Shown in pieces: positions 12,230 to 22,329 of a stretch of 64,000 bases of DNA (position 1 is the stretch's first letter; every line of letters begins with the position of its first letter). The notes below the pieces were generated by a model that saw nothing but the letters and a program-made list of their open reading frames with translations, searched no databases and was not told where the DNA came from. A program made the translations under genes and the position numbers. Origin of the DNA: Octopus vulgaris (lineage: Eukaryota); contig OX597814.1 of NCBI GenBank assembly GCA_951406725.2, positions 7,812,001-7,876,000 on the forward strand, given 5' to 3'.

Positions 12230-12650
12230 CGGACGTGTCGGTTTATCAGCCAAGTCTATCGTTAATATCGTCACGCCCCCTTCCTTCAAACGCTATTTTT
12301 ATCATACTTGTGGCTATGGCGAAAGAATGTATCTTGTGGACGCGCCTGAAAGGATTAGAGACAACCACTTTCCTCTCTGGTCAATCTCTCATCAACTTCT
12401 TCAAGTATCACTTGAAGGGGAAAGTGAGAGTAGAGAGGCAAGTTTTGTCTAGTGAATGTTTTAGAAAAAGATTGGTGAATGTAACAAGCATGCACGTATG
12501 AATGACGAAGCCACTTTGATCCTATGAACCATAAAAGTTAATACAGAGAGTTGCTTATTTGTAAAATAATATAACATATGACTCCATTGACCGAGGCTAC
12601 CGTGGTCTGCGGCAAGAAGTGTCTCGTCAATAGAGACAAAAAATATTATT
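12230..12650 (+). mobile_element. L1/Tx1-type LINE 3' end (ORF2 C-terminus and UTR)
   Basis: FIILVAMAKECILWTRLKGLETTTFLSGQSLINFF is homologous to FLCLVAVVKEVVWWTRLKGMRTETFLFGKALIDFL near 56050. Confidence 0.75.
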
Positions 12651-12659
12651 ATTAATAAG

Positions 12660-14058
12660 GAAGAGGTTCTGAGGTGTGACCAGTACTTGAGAAGGGAGGT
12701 AGATAGCATTAAGCTGATCCCTCCGACAGAGGCAACAGAGGAAAAGAGCCTCAAAACAGTTGTGTATAGAACACAGGCGGTGGAGACAAAGAAAATTGAA
12801 TGGATGACAGAGGAAGAGATTGAAGAGTGCCAAGGAGATGTTATGAGAAAGGCAACTTATGTTGGCAGAGGGAAAAAATTTGGTACGATGGAGGTGAGGT
12901 TTCCCACAAAGGAAGAGGCGGCCTCGTACTCCACCACCATCCTAAGAACGGAGAAGATAGCGTTGTTGCCCACCTACAGAGGAAAACGAAGCGCCAGAGT
13001 TAGGATTTTGAGAGTGCCACCAGAAATATAAATGGAATGGTTGGTTGCAGCGGTACTGGCGTCCACAGAGGACGAACATGAACTGGGACCAGTTGGTGAA
13101 ACAAATACGTTGAACTGGCAGGGATTTGGTGTCGAAATGTGGCTTGTCACCACAATCGAGGACATCGAGAGAATCCCCCACCAGATCGAGATTGAGAACG
13201 AAACGACGCTAAATGTTGTAGTGGAGGGAAGGATACCTAATTGCTATCTCTGCGGAGTGAGAGGACACATAAGGACCGAGTGTCCCTTATATGAATTCAC
13301 ACAAAGCGAAGAGACAGTGGAAAAGGAACAAAAGAAAGAACAGATGCAAGAGAAAGTACAAATAGAAGCAGAAAAATTAGACAAGGACTGTAGCCAGAAA
13401 GATAAAGAGAAGAAGAAAAGTGAAATGAAAGGATCAAAGGAGTAGAGCGAGGGAGTTATTAGCCCCAAAAGAAGAAAGAGATCGAAGACAAGGGAACACT
13501 AAGTAGAAAAGAAGAAAGGTAAGGAGAAATTTGAAACTAAGAAAAGGCAAGAGGAAGAAACAGAAAATGAATCGTATAAATTTAAGGGAGCATTTATAAC
13601 ATACAAAGGAAAGTGCGGACACAGAGAGAAGAATAGCGAAAGTGAAAGGAGTGGTAGGAGTAAAGCCGTCGGGAGACACTTTTGACTTAAATGATGGCGG
13701 TATTTCGATACCTGGCAAGAGTTACGACAAATTCATGGAGGGCTTCGCAAAGAATATAAAACTGGTGAAATATTGTCGGCTACATGAATACCCACTTCCC
13801 ATAATAGAATATGAGAGACTAAAAAGGAGAATTCAAATGTAATTTTTGTGAAATTCATTTATGAAAAAGGAAAAAAAACTTGTCGAAATGTAACCACTCG
13901 ACTTCGGGGGTCGAGTGGGCATTACGCCTCGTTTATACCTTTCATATTTTCATTCGTTTTCTTGAATTTTTTTCGTCTGAATTCATATTTTTGTATTTTG
14001 AGTTTATGTTTGTCTTGTCCCATTCTGTGTATAGCCCCTTGTGCGTAATAAAAAAAAA
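12660..14058 (+). pseudogene. L1/Tx1-type ORF1 (gag-like, CCHC knuckle) followed directly by a short 3' UTR and poly(A)
   Basis: ORF pieces 12687-13031, 13032-13445 and 13642-13842; CYLCGVRGHIRTEC; GRGKKFGTMEVRF shared with 52230-52270; AATAAA plus A-run at 14047-14058. Confidence 0.75.
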
Positions 14059-15599
14059 TGACTTTTTAAAATTGGCTAGAATGTAACGAAGTAAGTTGTC
14101 CTTTTATATGTTGCTATCATTGTGTCTTGTTGTGAAGCATCCTGATGAGGAGAGTGTCTGTTTCATTAATATATGAAATTTATATCATACTAGCAGAGGT
14201 ACCCGGCGTTGCTCGAGTTACATGCAATTGAAGAATTAGACCTTTCTGTTATATTTTCTCTAATGAACTGGAATATCTATGTTTCGAATTTCATCAAAAT
14301 TGCAGATGAGGGTTATTTCTCTCTTTACACAACCAAACAAAATTGTAATCGTGCCACATGTATCCAATACTACTGATTTTTATGCGCATATTCCAAAATT
14401 CCAGTCTTATTGAACCTGTTAAACGGATTTTCCTCCTGAAAACTGAAGGTCATGGAGCTCTAAAATGTGAGAGTTAAGGCCCCTGTTGGGGGTGGGTGTC
14501 TTAAAGTCAAGCAGAGAAGTTGAATTGTTGAGAATCTTTTTAACTTGGGTCTTATATCTATTGTTTGAATTTCTTTGAAATAGGAAAAATATGTTCACTG
14601 GGTTTGTAAAAAAGAGAGCAAAGCTACAGGAAACCAAAAGACGAATGATCACAATAAGCAGTCAGCTACAATACCCTAATCGTTACCACTCCCAATGTAG
14701 GATTCCTCACCACACAGGTGACAGGCACAGCCGTAAGATGCATTACGAATCTATAGCAATTGGAAGGGCGTGACCCAACTGAAATCAACATTAACAACTG
14801 TGTGACGTGAGGACTAAGGAGAAATGAAAGTGTCATGTCTGGAGTTTGCAAATAACCACTATACTGATATGGAACTGGACAGAATAAATTTACAATCTAT
14901 AAATGTCTTTGAATAGCCAGTCACTCATCTGGGAAGGCCTTGAAATCAATGTTAACATCAGGGGACTATGTGTGACCCAGTGATAATAAAAAGAGTGAAA
15001 GGAGGTCTGCAATCAAATAACTTTACTCAACACTTTGCAACTGAATCAGTGGAGGTAAAGTTGCCTCTCATTTACTTGACAATTTATGCAGCACATTGCA
15101 GAAATCACAATGTAAGTGTATGTCAAAGCAAACTGTTACACTGTTGTACCATTGAATTACAAATAATGCTCATCTTTTACGCTCGGGTAACCCTACATCT
15201 TCGAAGAGTACAACTGTATTCGTCTTTGCTTAGATAAAATGACAAAATGTGGGTGTTAAGTCCCCATGGAGGGGTCTTTGTAACTTGTAAGAAGATGAAA
15301 TTTTCTAAATATTACTTTATTTGTATCTAATATCTATGGTTAAAATTTCATCAACAGCAAAAATATATGAATTGTCTTGGGGTTATGGCCCTTATGCATA
15401 GAATATAATTTCCAAATTTCATAAAGATCCATTCAGTGCTTTCAACTTAGTTTTGGATCATAAAAGAAATTACAAAAATTTGGGAGTTAAGGCCCCCATT
15501 AGGGTGTTATATATATATATACACACACACACACATACAAAGATAAATTGATAGATACAACTGAGTGGGCAAACAAAACTATGAGACACAGTCTAGTGC

Positions 15600-15790
15600 T
15601 TTTTTTTTATGTTGATAAACCTGGTACTTATTCTATTAGTTTGTTCTTGTGAAACCAGTAAGTTATGGGGATGAAAATAAATGAGCAGCAATTGTGAAGC
15701 AGTGATGAGGGCGAATCTCAGAGACAAAGACACACACATACACTTACATATGTACATATACGATTGATTTGTTTCAGTTCCTGTCTACGA
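15600..15790 (-). mobile_element. Degenerate CORE-type SINE fragment
   Basis: GGTACTTATTCTATT...AAGTTATGGGGATG...TTTCAGTTCCTGTCTAC aligns loosely to 42900-43055. Confidence 0.5.
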
Positions 15791-15870
15791 AATCTATCTA
15801 TCTATCTATATATCTATATATATAAATATATACACATCTATATGCATACATCTATATATATATACATACA

Positions 15871-15930
<60 letters not shown>

Positions 15931-16062
15931 TGAGAGAGTTGGTGTGTGAAAGCACGTGGTTGGATGTATAAAAAATAAAAAAGAGTGCAAAAACTACAGA
16001 AGTCTTGTGTTATAAGGTTAAAGAATATATTTAAGTCGTTATGTTAGAAAAATGTTATAAAG

Positions 16063-16273
16063 TTTTGTGTATAGTAATATAGTTTTGGGAGAAATAACCG
16101 GTTTCGTATATTCTTTTCAAATTTCTCAAATTTCTTTACCTACATCGTGTCATGTCTTCGCTATGAAGTGTCATGTCTTCATAGCGAAGACATGGCACGA
16201 TGTAGGTAAAGAAATATGAATAGAATATACGAAACCGGTTATTTCTCCAAAAACTATGTTACTATACACAAAA
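16063..16273. repeat. ~100-bp inverted repeat (8-bp spacer) with a variant minimal hammerhead
   Basis: Arms 16063-16168 / 16177-16273. Left arm, minus strand: GAGAAAT-TTGAAAA-GAATATAC-GAAACCGGTT-ATTTCTC. Confidence 0.75.
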
Positions 16274-16274
16274 A

Positions 16275-16895
16275 TCTTGCAATTTCGATCAATTGGATCT
16301 TGTCCTCCCTCTTGTATAGAAGTGTGGCTACAATCCAGCCTACCTCTACTTCAGGGGGGATATTTTTAATTTTTATCCGGGACGTCCTACGTCCCAGATA
16401 TAAATGTAAAAATAAAATATTTCCACTTTGCAAGGTTCGAGTCGAGTACACCCTTGCACGCTCCGTTGACACGAACCTTGCTTCTATTGTGGCCAATTTA
16501 CCGCCTCTGGCTAGATATCTTTCATAGCCGCACCAAGACACTTTTCGATGGTGCTTTCCTCCAGGTGTTCAAATCTTTTTTTTTTGTCTCTATATTGTAT
16601 ACTTTATAGACAATAGTCTTTTCTTTAATTTAATTTTTTATTTCGCTTGGTGGTGTTATCCTAGATTCACCCTCTTTGTCGGTGATCACTCCGTATTTCT
16701 TCCATTTTAATTTCAATGAGTTCGCGCCCGCCGGCGGCTGCAGCAAAATTCAATTTTGGACTTTCTTCTATCGAAGGCATTCTAACAAAAATGCTTCCGT
16801 GTAAACAGTGAAAATATTGTCAATTTCCCCAAACAGGGTCACAATTCAATTTTTAAACAATAACCAAAGCTCCTTCTCCCAAAGGGGGAGGGTTA
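16275..16895 (-). pseudogene. 5' UTR and N-terminal ORF1 of an L1/Tx1-type LINE
   Basis: YLARGGKLATIEARF...YLGRRTSRIKIKNIPPEVEVGWIVA is homologous to YVGRGKKFGTMEVRF...YRGKRSARVRILRVPPEI at 12687-13031. Confidence 0.75.
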
Positions 16896-16896
<1 letters not shown>

Positions 16897-16931
<35 letters not shown>

Positions 16932-18792
16932 TTAGCGTCCGTTTTCCATGCTATCATGGGTTGGACGGGTCAACTGGGGTCTGTGAAGCTGGAAGGCTTC
17001 GTCAGGCCCAGTCAGATCTGGCAGTGTTTCTACGGCTGGATGCCCTTCCTAACGCCAACCACTTCGCGAGTGTAGTGGGTGTTTTTTATGTGCCACCTGC
17101 ACAGGTGCCAGACAGAGCTGGCAAACGGCCACGAACGGATGGTGCTTTTACGTGTCACCGGCACGGGGCCAGGCGATGCTGGCAACGGACACGAACGGAT
17201 GGTGCTTTTACGTGCCACCGACACGGGGCCAGACAGAGCTGGCAAACGGCCACGAACGGACGGTGCTTTTAAGTGTCACTGGCACGGGGGCCAGACGAGG
17301 CTGGCAACGAACACGAACGGATGGTGCTTTTACGTGCCACCGACACGGGGCCAGACAGAGCTGGCAAACGGCCACGAACGGACGGTGCTTTTACGTGTCA
17401 CCGGCACGGGGGCCAGCCGAGGCTGGCAACGGACACGAACGGATGGTGCTTTTACGTGCCACCGACACGGTTGCCAGACAGAGCTGGCAAACGGCCACGA
17501 ACGGACGGTGCTTTTACGTGTCACCGGCACGGGGGCCAGCCGAGGCTGCCAACGGACACGAACGGATGGTGCTTTTACGTGCCACCGACACGGGGCCAGA
17601 CAGAGCTGGCAAACGGCCACGAACGGACGGTGCTTTTACGTGTCACCGACACGGGGCCAGGCGAGGCTGGCAACGAACACGAACGGATGGTGCTTTTACG
17701 TGCCACCGACACGGGGGCCAGACAGAGCTGGCAGACGGCCATGAGCGAATGGTGCTTTTACGTATCACCGACACGGGTGCCAGACGAGGCTGACAGCGGA
17801 CACGAACGGATGGGTCACTTAACCCCTGCTTTCTGATATATGATTTGATTTTGATTGTTCTCACTGGTCTTGCCGGGTCTTCTGACGCACAGCATACTTC
17901 CATAGGTCTCGGTCTCTGGTCATTTCCTCAGTGAGACCTAGAGTCCGAAGGTCGTGCTTCACCACCTCGACCCAGGTTTTCCTGGGTCTACCTCTTCCAC
18001 AGGTCCCTCAACTGCCAGGGTGTGGCACTTTTTCACACACCTATCTTCATCCATTCTCGCCACATGACCATACCAGCGCAATCGTCTCTCTTGCACACAA
18101 CATCTGATGCCTCTTAGGTCCAACCTTTCTCTCAAGGTACTTACACTCTGTCGACTATGAACACTGACATTACACATCCAATGGAGCATACTAGCTTCAT
18201 TTCTCGCGAGCTTACGCATGTCCTCAGCAGTCACGGCCCATGTTTCACTGCCATGTAGCATGGCTGTTCGTACACATGCATCATACAGTCTGCCTTTTAC
18301 TCTGAGCGAGAGGCCTTTAGTCACCAACAGAGGTAAGAGCTCCCTAAACTTTGCCCAGGCTATTCTTACTCTAGCCGTTACACTTTCAGCACACCCACCC
18401 CCACTACTGACTTGGTCACCAAGATAACGGAAGCTATCAACTACTTCTAGTTTTTCCCCCCGGAAAGTGACGGAAGTTGTTCTCTGCAGATTTTCAGAGG
18501 TTAATGCTCCCGAGCATCTGCCACATCCAAAAACCATCTTCCTAGTTAGCCTTCCTATGACATTGCTGCACCTCTTATGTGTCCATAGCTTACACTTGGT
18601 GCATCTTATAGAGTTTCTACCTACACCTTTTCTACAGATCGAGCAGGGCCATCTACCTGAAGGCGTTTGTGATTTGTCTACCTTTCTACTTATTACGACT
18701 TTGGTTTTAGCTAGGTTGACTCTAAGGCCCTTCGATTCTGAACCTTACTTCCACACCTGAAACTTCTTCTCCAGTTCTGATAGTGACTCACA
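16897..18792 (-). mobile_element. 5'-truncated RTE LINE
   Basis: LEVVDSFRYLG, LYDACVRTAMLHGSETW, RRLRWYGHVARM; (GAT)n tail at 16897-16930. Confidence 0.9.
17085..17815. repeat. ~62-bp minisatellite in the RTE 3' UTR, alternating A/B variants (~124-bp dimer)
   Basis: About 12 units containing ACGAACGGAYGGTGCTTTTACGTG; CAGACAGAGCTGGCAAACGGCC alternates with CGAGGCTGGCAACGGAC. Confidence 0.9.
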
Positions 18793-20077
18793 ATTATTTA
18801 ACAAATGCAATACAACAATGTTTCCTTTACGAGGAACCAACAAACGTGATAACAAACCTTACGATGAGCCAGAAAGCAGTAAGCAGTTGAAGCTTTAGTC
18901 CTTTATGTATAAGAATTAAACCAACAGCATTACTCTGTAGGAGCGGCTGTTCGAGAAAGCAGATATTACATACAGCCAAACTTCATATAGATACTTAATG
19001 CTAGCTAATTAGCAGATAATCTAATGTAAAAGCCATGGTAAACGTTATGTGCGCAGCTCCATCTGGACTATTCCATTTCTGCACGCTAATTTTATTTTTA
19101 ATTTATTCCCATTCATGTGAAACCACTTATTCAAGTTCAAGTCATTGATGCAATTTTATACCAATTGCTATTTTTACTTTTGTTATGTTACGATTATATT
19201 ATATTTTAGTTTGATTTTAATTATTACTTACTACATATAATTCAATTGTTATTATTATTTTTATTGTTAAAGTGAAAGCATCTGACAAAAAATAGAGAAA
19301 TGTTTTTGTTTCACTTTTAACACGTAATACTGAAATAGTGGAGAAGATATGATTTTGCTATGGGCTCGCTCTAGGCAAGAAGTTGAACATTTTTTGTGCC
19401 CATGAAAATACATGGACCCTAAGTAAGGCATGTGTAAAATTTGAATGAAATTGGTTGCGTAGTTCTCAAGTTTTAGGGAAACACACACACAGACAGACAC
19501 ACATTCTCAGTTTTATATATAGATAGATTATCGGATACGTCTCCGAAACGGCCCGTCAATGGAACATTATCTTCGTGTGTTAGTATGTCCTGTTAATGTT
19601 GTATAATTTCAAATTTTCCACAGGACTCCGTGTTGTAACTTGTGGAGCTTTATTATCTTGTATCTTATCGTGTGAATTAATAATTATCGTGTGAATTATT
19701 AATCCAGTAAGTCTTATACTATTTTGATGTTTTATATTCTGCCTGAGTATTTATATATATGAACATTTTGAATATTTTTAAATACCTACGAGTTTTTATC
19801 TTATATCATATCGACGTTTTATATCTATTTCATATCTATTTGTATATCTATTTAAGTATTTATATATTTATAATACCAACGTATTTTTAAATATTTGCGT
19901 GTTTTTAAATATTAAATATCAATATGTTTATATCCTTGTGTGTTGTAATACTGTATTATCAGGAACTCTAAGTTGATTTATTAACGTCCAATCAAAGTGC
20001 ACAAATATATTGCATATTCTATTGCATGTTCCCCTAGTTTTCCGCTGGTATTGCCTCCATTGGAATTACACACACAC

Positions 20078-20140
<63 letters not shown>

Positions 20141-20199
20141 TGTATGTATATTTGTATATATTTATATATATTTTCATGCGCACATACACACACATATAT

Positions 20200-21100
20200 A
20201 TACATATTTGTGACAGCGTATCGGCTGTGTTGAATTGTTGTGAAGTGCATCGTAGATTGGATCGCTGTATTATGCTTTCTGTAGCAAGTCGATGGCGGGT
20301 GCATCTTGGTGGTGACGAAGGTTGTCATTATTTTTTCCTTTGGTTTAGCGACTGTTGATATTCTAGTTCTTTTGTTCGAATCAGCAAAAAATGCAGCATC
20401 ATGTAGCATCAGCATCTTTACATGGGGTCACCAAGTTGTTGGTAATGCAGTTTCAGATGGCAGCAATTCTTTTTTTACGGGGTCACCAATTGTAACGATA
20501 AATATTGTTGTTGTTATAATTACATACAGTAGGATGTGAAAGATGAACAATGCATGAAGTTTTAAGGAAATGTTTATTTACCGTTACGTTACAATACCTT
20601 GCCTTGACGAGCAGGTTTTGATACATCCAAAAGCATGTGAAGTAAAGTTTGTGTTTGTGTCCTCTTCATTGTTTAGTAGTAGTAATTACAGAGAGAGATA
20701 GAATGATGTTGTAAAGGACAGAATTAGAGCTAGAGAGAATTGTAGGGTGTTGTATCAGTTGTTTTCTCCTGCTGACCAAGGTTGGTCAGCCAGACCTTGT
20801 TGAGTCGTCACCGACTGTGACTTAACTGATTTTTGCTTGGGATGTACTGGCTTATATAACTATCCAAAGGATAGATATATCATTGAGAACAATAGATTTA
20901 GTTGGTGGTCTTGTTATCTCTATTCCAGCTTTTGCTGAAGTAGAAGAGGTTAGAAAGGGTCAAGTGGTGAAGATATTATTTCGGCCTAGCTAAAGGCATC
21001 TGGAAAGTGTAAAACTACTGTCAGAGAAAAACCATTGTTCCACCACGGGAACAGTTCTGTTGCAGCGTTAATTTAAATTTGGCTATGGTGGATCGAATCC
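20200..21100 (-). mobile_element. LTR retrotransposon remnant: LTR 3' end plus tRNA-Trp-type PBS
   Basis: Minus strand ...CGTTACA (ends 20491) then TGGTGACCCCG (20488-20478). AATAAA near 20575; TATA-like near 20855. Second TGGTGACCCC at 20433-20424. Outer limits are approximate. Confidence 0.6.
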
Positions 21101-21145
21101 ACTTCATGCATGCAAGATCCACTACATATATATACACACATGTGT

Positions 21146-21177
<32 letters not shown>

Positions 21178-21178
<1 letters not shown>

Positions 21179-22138
21179 GAGGAATTCAAGACGGGTTGCC
21201 CCTGGGAGCTCTCCTATGCTGATGACCTTGCCCTCAAAGCCGAATCACTACCGGAACAAGAAAAGAAATTTCTAGTGTGGGATCTAGGTTTAGAATCAAA
21301 GGGCCTTAGAGTTAATGTAGCAAAGACCAAAGTTTTAGTAACTAGGGAGGCGAACTTATTACATACCCCTTCAGTTAAGTGGCTCTGCTCGATCTGTAGA
21401 AAAGGTGCAGGTAGAAACTCCATAATATGTACCGAGTGTAAGCTATGGACACATAAGAGGTGCAGCAACATCAAAGGAAAATTAACTGAGAAGATAGCTT
21501 TCATGTGCAGCAGATGCACAGGGGCAATAGACACCACAGATGCTCAGAAAACAGATTCCGTCACATTTCAGGGGGAGAAACTAGAAGTAGTTGATAGCTT
21601 CTGCTACCTAGGTGACCAAGTTAGTAGTGGAGGTGGATGCTCAGAGTTTGTTGCCACTACAATAAGACTAACCTGGGCAAAGTTTACAAAGCTTCTATCC
21701 CTACTGGTAAGAAAAGCCCTCTCACTCAGAGTGAAAGGTAGATTGTACGATGCATTTTTACAAACTGCTATGCTTCACGGTTGTGAAACATGGGCCGTGA
21801 CTGCAGAGGACATGCACAGGCTCGAAAGAAATGAAGCTAGCATGATCCGCTTGATGTGTAATGTCAGTGTGCATACATGACAGAGTGTAAGTGCCCTGAG
21901 AGAAATATTGGACGTAAGAAGCAACAGATGTGGCGTGCAAGAGAGACGTTTGTGTTGGTATGGTCATATACTATGGATGGATGAGGAGAGATGTGTGAAG
22001 AAGTGACACTCCCAAACAGTTGAAGGAATCCAGGGTAGAGGTAGACCCCGGAAGACATGGGATGAGGTAATCAAGCATGATCTTCGAACGTTGAGCCTCA
22101 CAGAGGCAATGACGAAAGATCGAGACCTCTGGAGATAA
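21178..22138 (+). pseudogene. RTE reverse transcriptase C-terminal fragment with internal C4HC3 finger
   Basis: Part of ORF 21110-21880; homology continues past a stop codon (WYGH, GRGRPRKTW). Confidence 0.85.
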
Positions 22139-22329
22139 GCTGTGACAGCGAAGACCCAACAAATAAAGTGAGTTCACGGCTGTATCCTACACCAGCTTCA
22201 CATAACCAACCCCAGCCCTTTCAGAGTACCTTGGATCATAGGGCGACCTGCTGTGCTTGAGGAAACCTATTGAGTCAAGTACATCACCATCAACATAAAA
22301 AAATTAAATGGAAATTGGTAGTTGTGATA

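Larger units (their letters stand above)
14190..19527 (-). mobile_element. Non-autonomous Helitron with several nested insertions
   Basis: Plus strand A|CTAG at 14189-14193 with hairpin ACCCGGCGTTGCTCGAGT. Other end ...TTTTATATATAGATAGA|T at 19527-19528. The two flanks rejoin into one hammerhead. Confidence 0.7.

Noticed and set aside
16808-17903. Overlapping 150-220 aa ORFs
   Set aside because: Derived from the ~62-bp minisatellite.
20491-20593. Complete 103-bp LTR bounded by TGTAACG...CGTTACA
   Set aside because: Promoter-like sequence continues beyond 20593 and there is no partner LTR or TSD, so the boundary cannot be fixed.
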